Made by a program: the position numbers and the translations under genes
The notes under the pieces: generated by a model
The model's database searches: none
What the model saw: the letters and a program-made list of their open reading frames with translations, nothing else
Told to the model about the DNA's origin: nothing
Source: Acidimicrobiia bacterium
GTDB taxonomy: Bacteria > Actinomycetota > Acidimicrobiia > Acidimicrobiales > Aldehydirespiratoraceae
Reading direction: 5' to 3'
Assembly: GCA_022824605.1 (NCBI GenBank)
Contig: JAJDZO010000028.1
Span: 1 to 31,338, forward strand
DNA length: 31,338 nucleotides
Shown here: piece after piece, positions 13,132 through 22,596 of the stretch
Numbering within the stretch: position 1 is the stretch's first letter
Layout: every line of letters begins with the position of its first letter

Positions 13132-13186
13132 GTTCGCACGCTGGGCGTGCGGAAACAGAAACGCTAGCGATCAGCGCGACTGCTCG

Positions 13187-13259
13187 CACCCCCAACGGGA
13201 TTCGAACCCGTGTTACCGGCGTGAAAGGCCGGCGTCCTAGGCCGCTGGACGATGGGGGC
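13187..13259 (-). tRNA. tRNA-Glu(TTC)
   Basis: GCCCCCA acceptor stem, anticodon loop CTTTCAC, T-loop TTCGAAT. Confidence 0.96.
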
Positions 13260-13359
13260 CCGCCGGTGTTCGCCGACGGCACCAGCCTACCGCGCTGACA
13301 GCCCGGCCCAGAACGTGCGCTATCGGCCTCAGACCTCTGGGCGGGCGGCCTTCGGGGTT

Positions 13360-13845
13360 CTAGTCGTCGGTGCCGGGAGGCAGGGTTCCGGCTGCGGTGC
13401 TCACCAGTTGATCGAGCAGGCCGCCCAGCCATTCGTAGAGCATGTAGCGGGCCGCTTCATGAGGCTGCTCGCCCGGTCGTGGCGGATCGAACGTGGCCGC
13501 TCCGACCTCGAGCGTGTTGCCCAGGTAGAGGCGCAGGCTGTTGAGGGTCTGAATCCAGGCGGACACCGCCTCGTCGTCCAATGCGGCCCCGGCCAGTCCG
13601 GCCTCGACCACATCAAGGGACTCCAACCGGTGCCGCAGCAGGGGTCCAGCGGCCATCTCCCAGAACTCGTCGGAGGCCCTGGGGTCGTGGATGTGTACCG
13701 GCGGCTGGAAGCGCAGCATCGACGCGTCGGTGCCCTCCAGGAGCAACTGCCGGAACTGCTCGAGCACCGCGGCCAGGCCCGAGCGCTCTTCGTCGCGCAG
13801 GTTCACCCGGATGCCGTCGGGGCCGACCCGGAATCGGCGTGCCAT
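13360..13845 (-). CDS. DUF2017-like protein (typical clpS neighbour in actinobacteria)
   Basis: LLRFQPP..DPRASDEFWEM...W..TLNSLRLYLG..L...Y.WLG.LLDQLV pattern; downstream of clpS. Confidence 0.8.
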   Translation of the reverse strand: MARRFRVGPDGIRVNLRDEERSGLAAVLEQFRQLLLEGTDASMLRFQPPVHIHDPRASDEFWEMAAGPLLRHRLESLDVVEAGLAGAALDDEAVSAWIQTLNSLRLYLGNTLEVGAATFDPPRPGEQPHEAARYMLYEWLGGLLDQLVSTAAGTLPPGTDD

Positions 13846-13874
13846 CAGCGACCAGCTCCGGGCACCGCGAGCAT
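13845..13874 (-). CDS. Putative bridging micro-[12 protein letters not shown] (9 aa)
   Basis: TGATG overlap with clpS stop and TGATG overlap with DUF2017 start. Confidence 0.4.
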   Translation of the reverse strand: MLAVPGAGR

Positions 13875-14245
13875 CAGTCCTGCTCGAGGATGGCCCACAG
13901 GCCGTGTTCGTGGAGCCGGTACACGTCGAATTCGGCCTTCTCGCGCTGTCCCGACGCCACCACCGCCCTGCCCTCGGTGTGGACCTGCATCATCAGCCGG
14001 TGAGCCTTCTGCTGCGAATAGCCGAACAGTTTGCGGAACACGTAGGTGACATACGACATCAGGTTGACCGGATCGTCGAGCACGATCACTTTCCACGGTG
14101 AGTCGGGCCTCCGATCGGCAACGTCCACCGGATCCTTCACCGGCGACGTGACCGGTGCAGAGGCCGAGCTTGCGAGACCGTGGGCAGCGGCGCTGTGACT
14201 TGGGCGGCCCGTGAGCGAAGCGAACAAGAGCGGGCGTGACCTCAT
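13874..14245 (-). CDS. clpS: Clp protease adaptor ClpS
   Basis: [46 protein letters not shown]; ATG overlaps ctaA TGA; start could be a later GTG. Confidence 0.92.
   Translation of the reverse strand: MRSRPLLFASLTGRPSHSAAAHGLASSASAPVTSPVKDPVDVADRRPDSPWKVIVLDDPVNLMSYVTYVFRKLFGYSQQKAHRLMMQVHTEGRAVVASGQREKAEFDVYRLHEHGLWAILEQD
14204..14234. repeat. 31-bp REP-like element
   Basis: GCGGCCCGTGAGCGAAGCGAACAAGAGCGGG; 30/31 identical to 23728-23758. Confidence 0.85.
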
Positions 14246-15186
14246 GGCGCCGCCGCCGCACCCACGTTGGCGGCTGAGTTGAGCCGCGGCGAGCTTGCCG
14301 CGGTGACCGCCGGATCGTGGGCGGCCTTGACTATCGCTATCCAGGTGATCGACGCCAGGGTCACATGCACTCCCACCAGCAGCACGGGCACGCCGGTGAA
14401 GTACTGCGTGTAGCCGACGACGCCCTGCACGACGAGCAGCATCGCGATCCGGCCCATCCGAACGTGCCCAGCCGAGTCCGCGGCCCGCAACCGCCACCAC
14501 GTCCACACCACCATCCCTAGCAGCGCCAGCGCGACGATGCTGTGGATGCGGGTGACCTCGCGCACCAGCAACGGAAGTCGCTCGGCCCGGGTGTCGCCGG
14601 CATGGGGCCCCGCCCCGGTGACCAGGGTGCCGGTGACCAGCAGCACCCCGCCGACCGCGAGCACGGCCCACGGCATCAGCCGGGCCATGGCGTCGCCTCG
14701 CCTTTCAGCGGGGGTCGAGCCGTCGGGACTGCCGGTGGTGCCGGGGGCCTCGATGTCGTGGCGGGCTCTGACGTCCAGCACTGCCGCGTTCCACAGCAGC
14801 ACCATCGACAACAGGAAGTGCCCCATGGTGAAGCGGGGATCGAGTTCCGTCTTGACCAGCAGCGCTCCCAGCCCGACCTGGGCCAGCACCCCCGCAACCA
14901 GGCCGAGCGACAGCGCGATGAGGTCGACGCGCCGCGGCCGGCGCCGCCACGAGCCCAGCACCGCCGCTATCACCGCTACGGCCACGACCCCGGTGAAGAG
15001 GCGGTTCACGAACTCCACCATCGCGTGGTACTCGAGGTCGGCGACGAAGCGGTCCTCCGAGCAGGTGGGCCAGTCCTCACAGCCCAGACCCGAACCGGTG
15101 AGGCGCACCGACACGCCGGTCACGACGATGGCCGCGAGCGCCCACAAAGCGAACCGGGTGAGCCGGGTGTAGGCCGACGGTGCCAC
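14242..15186 (-). CDS. ctaA: Heme A synthase (COX15/CtaA)
   Basis: [47 protein letters not shown]; start taken at GTG 15186. Confidence 0.92.
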   Translation of the reverse strand: MAPSAYTRLTRFALWALAAIVVTGVSVRLTGSGLGCEDWPTCSEDRFVADLEYHAMVEFVNRLFTGVVAVAVIAAVLGSWRRRPRRVDLIALSLGLVAGVLAQVGLGALLVKTELDPRFTMGHFLLSMVLLWNAAVLDVRARHDIEAPGTTGSPDGSTPAERRGDAMARLMPWAVLAVGGVLLVTGTLVTGAGPHAGDTRAERLPLLVREVTRIHSIVALALLGMVVWTWWRLRAADSAGHVRMGRIAMLLVVQGVVGYTQYFTGVPVLLVGVHVTLASITWIAIVKAAHDPAVTAASSPRLNSAANVGAAAAP

Positions 15187-15271
15187 AGGTCGAGGGTAGA
15201 GCGAAATCGGCGGCACGAGATTCCGCACCAAGCCTGTCCTATGGGCGGTCAAATGTCCTAGCCTTCCCGGC

Positions 15272-16180
15272 GTGACCGGAACCGTGACCGGCGAGGTACG
15301 CGCCCCTCGCCGAGCCCGTGCCGTGGCCTTCGTGGCCCTCACCAAGCCCCGGATTGTTGAACTGCTGCTGGTCACCACCGTCCCGTCGATGATCCTGGCC
15401 GAAGGGGGCCTGCCGTCGGTGTGGCTGATCGCGGCCACCTTGGTCGGCGGAGCGATGTCGGCCGGCGGCGCCAACGCATTGAACATGTACGTCGACCGAG
15501 ACATCGACCGGCTCATGCACCGCACCCGCAACCGACCTCTGGTCACCGGAGCCGTTCGCGACACCGAGGCGATCGTGTTCGCGACGACCCTCACGGCCGG
15601 CTCCTTCGTGTGGCTGTGGGCCTTCGTGAACCTGCTCTCGGCGGCGCTGGCCACGGCCGCGGCTGCGTTCTACGTGTTCGTCTATTCGCTGTGGCTCAAA
15701 CGCACCTCCATCCGCAACATCGTGATCGGCGGCGCGGCCGGGGCTGTGCCGACGCTGGTGGGCTGGACCGCGGTCACCGGTTCGCTCGACTGGCCTCCGG
15801 TAGTGCTGTTCGCGGTGATCTTCTACTGGACTCCGCCCCACTTCTGGGCTCTGGCGATCCGCTACCGCAGCGACTATCAGGCCGCCGACGTCCCCATGCT
15901 TCCGGCGGTGTCAGGACTGCGGCCCACCGCTCGCCGCATCTTCGCCTACACGGTGGTGCTGGTGGCGTTCACGTTCCTGCTGGTGCCGGTGGCCGCAATG
16001 GGCGCCTTCTATCTGGTGGCCGCGGCCGTCAGCGGGGCCGGCTTCGTGGGCCTGGCACTCGACGTGCTGCGCCGGCCCGACGCCACCCGGGCGATGCGGT
16101 TGTTCGGCTGGTCCAACGCTTACGTGACGCTGCTGTTCGGCGCAGTCGCGGCCGACGTGCTCCTCCGTAACGGGTTCTAG
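15272..16180 (+). CDS. ctaB: Protoheme IX farnesyltransferase (heme O synthase)
   Basis: LTKPRIV, DRDIDRLMHRTRNRPL, NIVIGGAAG, WTPPHFWAL, DYQAADVPMLP. Confidence 0.96.
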   Translation: MTGTVTGEVRAPRRARAVAFVALTKPRIVELLLVTTVPSMILAEGGLPSVWLIAATLVGGAMSAGGANALNMYVDRDIDRLMHRTRNRPLVTGAVRDTEAIVFATTLTAGSFVWLWAFVNLLSAALATAAAAFYVFVYSLWLKRTSIRNIVIGGAAGAVPTLVGWTAVTGSLDWPPVVLFAVIFYWTPPHFWALAIRYRSDYQAADVPMLPAVSGLRPTARRIFAYTVVLVAFTFLLVPVAAMGAFYLVAAAVSGAGFVGLALDVLRRPDATRAMRLFGWSNAYVTLLFGAVAADVLLRNGF

Positions 16181-16296
16181 GGACGACCGATAACCGAAAT
16201 GCCCGTATGTCCGACCTCGCAGGGCCACGACCCTCAACGATGCCGCCTGCGGCGGTTGTCGGCGGCCATGCCTGTGATGTGTAGCATCGCCTCCCG

Positions 16297-17844
16297 ATGA
16301 CGCTGACCGAACCGGCCATCGCGGACTCCGAGGCCTCCCTCGCGGCCGGCGGCGCTGACGCGCCGTCGGCGTCGACGCAACCGGTGGCGACCCACCCGGT
16401 TTTGGCCCAGCCCTTCGTCACCAGCGATGCGACGACGGTCGGCCGTCTGTTCGTGGTGGCCTCGCTGCTGCTGGCCCTGGGCACTTCGGTGATCGGTGCG
16501 CTGCTCTCGTTCGGACGCACCGAGGCGGTCGACCCGGCGGACATGTTCGGCGGCCTCAACGCCTATTTCCGCATGTGGACCCTGTACCGGGTGTCGTTCA
16601 TGCTGCTGGTGGTGCTGCCCCTGCTGCTCGGCGTGGCCATGGCGGTCGTGCCCTCGCAGGTGGGGGCGGGCAACCTCGCTTTCCCCCGGGCTGCGCTGGC
16701 GTCGTTCTGGACGTGGAAGATCGGTGCGCTGATCGTCGTGGTGTCGGTGTTCGCCGGCGGGGGCTGGGGCGCCGTCGACGGCGTGACCGGCAACGAGAAC
16801 GACGCCATCGCGCTCACGCTGCTCGGCACCGCCATGGTGATCGTGGCGCTGCTCGTCGGCGCAGTGTGTGTGGCCACCACCGTGATCTCGCTGCGCCAGA
16901 CAGGCATGAGCCTGCTGAACGTTCCGCCCTTCGCGTGGTCGATGCTGGTGTCTGCCGCGGTGTGGCTGTTCACGCTGCCCGTCGCCATCGCCAACATCGT
17001 GGTGATCTACGCCGACCTGCGGGGCCGGCCCGCGATCGCCTTCGGCCGCGCCGAGGGCCCCGACATCTGGCAGCAACTCGACTGGCTGGTGGAGCAGCCG
17101 GCCGTCTACCTCATGGCCGTGCCGGTGCTCGGCATAGTCTTCGAGTCCGTCGGTGCCGCGGTCGGAGGTCGAACGAGTCGTCCCGAGATTTTCGCCGTCG
17201 TCGTGGGCCTGTTCGGACTGCTGGCCGTGGGCGGTTGGGCCCAGGACTACTTCACCGCTCCCCAGGACCTGCGAGACGGTCTGGTTTATGTGGCCTTCGG
17301 GCTGGCTGCGGTGCTTCCGATAGTGGCGCTGGCCGGCGGCGCCGGCGAACTGGTGCTGCGGGGCACAGCCACGCCGGAGCGGCTCCTCGACGCCCGCACG
17401 GTTGGTGCAGGCTCGGCTCTCAAGCTTCTCGGCGCGGCCGCGCTGGTGGGCGCCCTGCGCGTTGTCGAGCCCTTTGATCTGCTTGAGACGGCGGCCACTT
17501 GGGCTGTCTTCCACGGGGTGGTCGTCGCAGGCCTCGTGGCCGGGGTGACTGCGCACCTGACTTGGCCGGACAGGCTGCTGACCGGCTCAATCTCGCAGAT
17601 CCTCGGTCGGGGCACCGTCGTGCTTCTGATGGTGGGCGGCGGACTGCTCGTGGTCACCGATCTGATCTCGGGGTTCGCGTCCGACGATCAGGACCTGATG
17701 GCCCTCGCGCTGGACGTCAACGTGACGTTCAACGTGATCAACCTCATCGGATCGGTTCTGGTAGTGGCCGGTCTGGCTGCGGCTCTGGCTGCGATGGCAA
17801 CCGCTCGGCGAACCGCCACCGTGACGGGGCGTAGAGCGTCATGA
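16297..17844 (+). CDS. Degenerate cytochrome c oxidase subunit I paralog lacking most metal ligands
   Basis: Aligns by eye with CtaD (TLYRV/TMHGV, GNLAFPR/RDVAFPR, WLVEQPAVY/WIFGHPEVY, GWAQDYF/VWAHHMF, WAVFH/VAHFH); intact 515-aa ORF. Confidence 0.85.
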   Translation: MTLTEPAIADSEASLAAGGADAPSASTQPVATHPVLAQPFVTSDATTVGRLFVVASLLLALGTSVIGALLSFGRTEAVDPADMFGGLNAYFRMWTLYRVSFMLLVVLPLLLGVAMAVVPSQVGAGNLAFPRAALASFWTWKIGALIVVVSVFAGGGWGAVDGVTGNENDAIALTLLGTAMVIVALLVGAVCVATTVISLRQTGMSLLNVPPFAWSMLVSAAVWLFTLPVAIANIVVIYADLRGRPAIAFGRAEGPDIWQQLDWLVEQPAVYLMAVPVLGIVFESVGAAVGGRTSRPEIFAVVVGLFGLLAVGGWAQDYFTAPQDLRDGLVYVAFGLAAVLPIVALAGGAGELVLRGTATPERLLDARTVGAGSALKLLGAAALVGALRVVEPFDLLETAATWAVFHGVVVAGLVAGVTAHLTWPDRLLTGSISQILGRGTVVLLMVGGGLLVVTDLISGFASDDQDLMALALDVNVTFNVINLIGSVLVVAGLAAALAAMATARRTATVTGRRAS

Positions 17845-17891
17845 TCGCATCCGCCTGCCCAGCCGCCGTGACGGGGCGTAGAGCGTCGTGA
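17841..17891 (+). CDS. Putative bridging micro-ORF MIASACPAAVTGRRAS (16 aa)
   Basis: Between 22-bp direct repeats at 17819 and 17866; ATGA overlap upstream, GTGA overlap downstream. Confidence 0.4.
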   Translation: MIASACPAAVTGRRAS

Positions 17892-18472
17892 GAACGACCG
17901 CTTTGCCGGTGCCCGAGGCGACTCGGCCCCGTACGGTCGTGGTCGGTGCCCTGCTGGGCGCCGCCGCCGCATTCATCGTCTTCGCCGGCCTCGTGTCGGT
18001 GTACGTCCAGCAGCGTCAGGCCGCTCGGGCCGCGGGCACCGAATGGTTCCCGGAGGGCAGCGTCGAACTCGGTCCGGCCGGGATGATGATGATGACGCTG
18101 GCGCTGTCGATGGTGACCGTGCAGTGGGCGGTTCAGGCCGCCCGCACCGAGGATCGGCCCCACGGGTTCATCGCGCTGGGAGTCACCCTGCTGTTCGGCG
18201 CGTCGGTCGTCAACCAGTTCTGGTTCGTGTACGCCGACACCGGCTTCGCCATCGACGGCGGGCGGGCCGAGCTGTTGTTCTACGCGGTGACCGGCTCGTT
18301 CGTCGCCATGCTGATCATCGGCATGGCCATGATGGTGGTCGCCACCGTGCGTTCGCTGATGGGGCCCTTCGGGCGAGAACTGGCCCACGGCGTGCAAGCG
18401 GCCGCCGCCTACTGGCACATGTGCGTGCTGAGCTACTTCATCGTCTGGTACGTCGTGTTCATCACCAAGTAG
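17888..18472 (+). CDS. Divergent cytochrome c oxidase subunit III-like protein
   Basis: Five hydrophobic segments colinear with CtaE; YWHMCV vs YWHFVD; the SE and GFHGxH motifs are absent. Confidence 0.8.
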   Translation: MRTTALPVPEATRPRTVVVGALLGAAAAFIVFAGLVSVYVQQRQAARAAGTEWFPEGSVELGPAGMMMMTLALSMVTVQWAVQAARTEDRPHGFIALGVTLLFGASVVNQFWFVYADTGFAIDGGRAELLFYAVTGSFVAMLIIGMAMMVVATVRSLMGPFGRELAHGVQAAAAYWHMCVLSYFIVWYVVFITK

Positions 18473-18479
18473 GAAGCTC

Positions 18480-19277
18480 GTGTTCACCACCGGATTCAAG
18501 TTCTTCTTCGGACTGTTCGCAGCGTTCTGCGTGGCCGCGCTCGCCTACGGCTACACCACCGGCGGCAACCATGTCGGGCCGCTCTCGCTGGGCTGGAAGG
18601 GCGGCGTCGGCGACCACATCGGTTACGGCGTGCTCGTGGCGCTGGCCGCGGCCTCGTTGACGGTCAGCTTGGTGCTGGTGTCGTTCCGCGACGCCGACGC
18701 GGCCGCTCAGGCCCATCTGCAGAACCTGGCCGAAGTGATGACCGACCAACCGGTGACCCCCAGCTTCTGGCCGGTGGTGGCCTCCTTCGGTGTGGGAGCG
18801 ACCGCGGTGGGGCTGGTGCTGCACCCCATGGTGTTCGTGCTCGGGCTGACCCTCGTCACGCTGGCGCTGGTGGAGTGGACCATGGACGCCTGGGCTGATC
18901 GTGCCACCGGCGACATCGAGGCCAACCGGGAACTGCGCAACCGGATCATGGCCCCCATCGAGATCCCCGTGGTCGGAGCGCTCGCCGTCGGCGTGGTGGT
19001 GCTGGCGGCCTCGCGGATCCTGCTGACCGTGTCACAGCTCGAGGCGGTGACCGTTGCCGGTGTGGTGTCCGCCCTCATCCTGGGCGGCGCCTGGGTGTAC
19101 GCAACCCGGCCCGGACTCGGCCGCCGGCTGATGCGAACCCTGGGGGTGGTCGGCGCGTTGCTGCTGCTGATCGGCGGAGTGCTGGCCGCGGTCGCAGGCG
19201 AGCGAGACTTCGCACACCATGAACACGAGACGCACGAAGAACACGGCGAGCCGACCGGTGGTGATCACGGTGGCTGA
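18480..19277 (+). CDS. Membrane protein resembling actinobacterial oxidase subunit CtaF, with C-terminal extension
   Basis: N-terminal F..F.....YG helix and PSFWP motif followed by two helices, similar from memory to mycobacterial CtaF (SPHSWWP); His-rich tail. Confidence 0.55.
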   Translation: MFTTGFKFFFGLFAAFCVAALAYGYTTGGNHVGPLSLGWKGGVGDHIGYGVLVALAAASLTVSLVLVSFRDADAAAQAHLQNLAEVMTDQPVTPSFWPVVASFGVGATAVGLVLHPMVFVLGLTLVTLALVEWTMDAWADRATGDIEANRELRNRIMAPIEIPVVGALAVGVVVLAASRILLTVSQLEAVTVAGVVSALILGGAWVYATRPGLGRRLMRTLGVVGALLLLIGGVLAAVAGERDFAHHEHETHEEHGEPTGGDHGG

Positions 19278-19278
19278 T

Positions 19279-20505
19279 ATGCGAAGGACCGCCGGGCGAC
19301 TCCTGGCCGCTGCGCTGACGCTGGCCGGCGTGGCCGTGGCCACCGGATGCGCATCCGACGCCGAACTCGACACGTTCGCTCCTCAGGGCCCGATCGCCAA
19401 AGAACTACACAGCCGCGGCGTGCTGCCGGTGTTCTGGATCGCGGCGGTGGTGTTCGTGGGCATCACCATCGCCATGGTCTGGCTCATCTGGAAGAACCGG
19501 GTCCGCAACTACGACGGCGACGACGAATGGCCTGCGCAGACCCACGGCCATGTGCCGCTGGAGGTGGGCTGGACCGTGGGGTTCCTGCTCACCATGATCG
19601 CGGTGGCGGGCATCATGCTGTGGTCGCTGCCCACCGTGGACGCCACCGAGGACAACACCATGGTCGTCAGCATCGACGACCGCAGCGTCACCTGGGAACC
19701 GACCGTCGTGGTGGTGGGCAACCAGTGGTGGTGGGAGTTCCGCTACTACTTCTCGGACCAGGTGGACCTCGCCGACCTGCGGGCCCACGGCGACGCCAAG
19801 ACCCTGCCCCCCGCCGACATCGTGACCTCCGGTCAGATGGTGATCCCAACCGGCGAGGAGGTCGAGCTGATCATCACGTCGCGTGACGTGATCCACTCGT
19901 TCTGGATCCCGGCGCTCAACGGCAAGCGCGACGCGGTTCCCAATCGCTTCTCACCATGGAAGATCGAGGCCTCCGATCCGGGCTTCTACTTCGGGCAGTG
20001 CACCGAGTTCTGCGGCCTGTCACACTCGCGCATGAGGATGCAGGCGGTGGCGCTGACCCCGGCCGACTTCCAGACGTGGGTGGACCGCACCAGCGCCGAC
20101 GCGGTGGAGCCGACCGATCCCGAGGCGCTGGCGGGCATGGAGGTGTTCGCGGGCATCTGCACCTCGTGCCATGTGGTGGAAGGAGTCAACGACGATGTGT
20201 TCGAGAGAGCGGATCAGGCCTCCGGGGCCGCTCCCAACCTGACCCACTTCGCCAACCGCAGCACCTTCGCGGGCGGGATCCTCAACACCTACAACGCCGA
20301 CGGGTCGCTCAACCGCACCGACCTCGAGGCGTGGCTGCGAGACCCCGGCGCCCTCAAGGAGAACTACACGGTGCCCGGCGAGCAGTACCGGGGCATGCCC
20401 GACCTCGACCTGAGCGAACAGCAGATCGACGATCTCGTGGCCTACCTTTCAGGCCTGGGCGCCAAGCCCGCCGGCTGGATAATCGAAGCGACCCAGGTGG
20501 AGTGA
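19279..20505 (+). CDS. ctaC: Cytochrome c oxidase subunit II with fused cytochrome c (caa3 type), lipoprotein
   Basis: Lipobox VATGC; CuA ligands DVIHSFW and CTEFCGLSHSRM; CTSCH heme c motif and GMP axial Met. Confidence 0.96.
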   Translation: MRRTAGRLLAAALTLAGVAVATGCASDAELDTFAPQGPIAKELHSRGVLPVFWIAAVVFVGITIAMVWLIWKNRVRNYDGDDEWPAQTHGHVPLEVGWTVGFLLTMIAVAGIMLWSLPTVDATEDNTMVVSIDDRSVTWEPTVVVVGNQWWWEFRYYFSDQVDLADLRAHGDAKTLPPADIVTSGQMVIPTGEEVELIITSRDVIHSFWIPALNGKRDAVPNRFSPWKIEASDPGFYFGQCTEFCGLSHSRMRMQAVALTPADFQTWVDRTSADAVEPTDPEALAGMEVFAGICTSCHVVEGVNDDVFERADQASGAAPNLTHFANRSTFAGGILNTYNADGSLNRTDLEAWLRDPGALKENYTVPGEQYRGMPDLDLSEQQIDDLVAYLSGLGAKPAGWIIEATQVE

Positions 20506-20506
20506 A

Positions 20507-22498
20507 ATGGCCATAACTGAGCAGCCACCGCTCGAACTAGGCCCCGGCGACGCCGTCCGCTACGCCGAGAAGCCTCTCGGCGTGTTCACCCGTCCCCAAC
20601 AGGGTCGGGGATGGCGCGACTGGCTCAGCACGGTCGACCACAAGCGCATCGGCATCCTGTACGGCGCCTCGGCCATGTTCTTCTTCCTCGTCGGTGGCAT
20701 CGAAGCGCTGCTGATCCGCCTTCAGTTGGCCGCCCCCGAGGGCTCGGTGCTCAGCGCCGACGTCTACAACCAGGTGTACACGATGCACGGCGTCACCATG
20801 GTGTTCCTGTTCATCATGCCGCTGGCCGCCGCTTTCGCGAACTACTTCATCCCGCTGCAGATCGGCGCCCGAGACGTGGCCTTCCCCCGCCTCAACGCGC
20901 TTTCGTTCTGGATCTGGCTGTCGGGCGCCATCTTCTTGAACACGTCGTGGATCGTGGGCGGCGGCGGGGCCGACTGCGGCTGGTTCTGCTACTCCACCAA
21001 CAGCGGTGTGGCCTTCTCGCCCAGCCACGGCGTGGACTTCTACGCCATCGGCCTGCAGATACTGGGCATCGCCTCGCTGGTGTCGTCGGTGAACCTGATC
21101 GTGACCTGCCTGAACATGCGAGCGCCCGGCATGACGCTGATGCGGATGCCGGTGCTCACCTGGATGCTGCTGATCACCCAGTTCCTGTTGCTGTTCGCGC
21201 TGCCGGTGATCACCGTGGCGTTGTTCCTGCTGATGTTCGACCGGCTCTTCGACGCCCAGTTCTTCAATCCTGACGCGGGCGCCGATCCGCTGCTGTGGCA
21301 GCACTTATTCTGGATATTCGGCCATCCCGAGGTGTACATCATCATCCTGCCCGCGTTCGGGGTGGTGTCGGAGATCATCCCCACCTTCAGCCGCAAGCCG
21401 CTGTTCGGCTACGAGTTCATGGTGTTCTCGGGCATAGCCATCGGCTTCATGGGCTGGGGGGTGTGGGCCCACCACATGTTCGTGTCGGGCATAGGCCCCA
21501 TCTCGGTGGCCGCCTTCTCGTTGTCGACCATGTTCATCGCAGTGCCGACGGGGGTGAAGGTTCTCAATTGGCTTGCCACGATGTGGGGCGGGAAGTTGAG
21601 ATTCACGGTGGCCATGAAGTTCGCGGTGGCCACGGTGGCCATGTTCACCATCGGCGGTCTGTCCGGCGTGACCCACTCGGTGGCCCCGGCCGACACCCAG
21701 CAGACCGACACCTACTACATCGTGGCCCACTTCCACTATGTGATCTTCGGTGGCGGCGTGCTCGGCCTGTTCGCGGGCATGTACTTCTGGTGGCCGAAGA
21801 TCTGGGGGCACTTCCTCAACGAGCGGATCGGCAACTGGCATTTCTGGATCATGCTGGTGGGCTTCAACCTCACCTTCGGACCGATGCACATTCTGGGCCT
21901 GCAGGGCATGTCGCGCCGGATCGACACCTACGCGCGGGGATACGGCTTCGAGTTCTGGAACATGGCGGCCACGGTCGGATCGCTGCTGATCGCGGTGGCG
22001 GTGCTGCTGTTCATCTGGAACGTGGTCAAGTCCAAACGCGACGCCCCCCATCTGCCGCTGCCGGGGCCGGACCCGTGGGACAGCCGCTCCCTCGAATGGT
22101 CGATCCCGTCGCCGGTGCCGGTCCACAACTTCGACACCGTGCCGCAGGTCCACAGCCGCGACGACTGGTGGCACACCAAGTACGCCGAGAACGACGAGGG
22201 CAAGGTGGTGCGGGTGGCCACCGCCGAAGAGGCCGCCCAGACCGGCGAGGCGACCGGCGTACATCTGCCGTCGCCGTCGTTCTGGCCGTTGGCGGTGGCC
22301 GTGGGCCTGCCGTTGATCGGCTACGGCCTGATCTTCAGCCTCTGGTTGGCGCTGATAGGCGCGCTGGTGACGATCGCGTCGCTCTACTCGTGGGCCATGG
22401 AACCAGTAGACGACCCCGACGCCACCCACGACCACCACGACGAAGACCACGAAGACGACAAGAACGAGGACGACCAAGCCGGAGGTCACGACTCATGA
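20507..22498 (+). CDS. ctaD: Cytochrome c oxidase subunit I, A1 type
   Basis: All six His ligands (TMHG, GHPEVY, WAHHM, AHFHY), D-channel DVAFPRLN, K-channel PTGVK; two extra C-terminal helices (PSPSFWP). Confidence 0.98.
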   Translation: MAITEQPPLELGPGDAVRYAEKPLGVFTRPQQGRGWRDWLSTVDHKRIGILYGASAMFFFLVGGIEALLIRLQLAAPEGSVLSADVYNQVYTMHGVTMVFLFIMPLAAAFANYFIPLQIGARDVAFPRLNALSFWIWLSGAIFLNTSWIVGGGGADCGWFCYSTNSGVAFSPSHGVDFYAIGLQILGIASLVSSVNLIVTCLNMRAPGMTLMRMPVLTWMLLITQFLLLFALPVITVALFLLMFDRLFDAQFFNPDAGADPLLWQHLFWIFGHPEVYIIILPAFGVVSEIIPTFSRKPLFGYEFMVFSGIAIGFMGWGVWAHHMFVSGIGPISVAAFSLSTMFIAVPTGVKVLNWLATMWGGKLRFTVAMKFAVATVAMFTIGGLSGVTHSVAPADTQQTDTYYIVAHFHYVIFGGGVLGLFAGMYFWWPKIWGHFLNERIGNWHFWIMLVGFNLTFGPMHILGLQGMSRRIDTYARGYGFEFWNMAATVGSLLIAVAVLLFIWNVVKSKRDAPHLPLPGPDPWDSRSLEWSIPSPVPVHNFDTVPQVHSRDDWWHTKYAENDEGKVVRVATAEEAAQTGEATGVHLPSPSFWPLAVAVGLPLIGYGLIFSLWLALIGALVTIASLYSWAMEPVDDPDATHDHHDEDHEDDKNEDDQAGGHDS

Positions 22499-22596
22499 AC
22501 GCCGCCGCACTGACCGCACCCCGCGGCGAAAGGGGCGGCGCCGAGTGGCGGCGACCGGCGAGCAGGGCGAAGCGCGTGCGGGGGATCCAGCCATGA
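22495..22596 (+). CDS. Putative bridging micro-ORF (33 aa) containing a repeat-family fragment
   Basis: MNAAALTAPRGERGGAEWRRPASRAKRVRGIQP*; CATGA at both 22494 and 22592. Confidence 0.4.
   Translation: MNAAALTAPRGERGGAEWRRPASRAKRVRGIQP

Noticed and set aside
12812-13432. 206-aa minus-strand ORF
   Set aside because: It reads through the three tRNA genes and repeat sequence
16297-17844. Functional cbb3 oxidase or nitric oxide reductase subunit
   Set aside because: Those enzymes also need the conserved His ligands, five of which are missing
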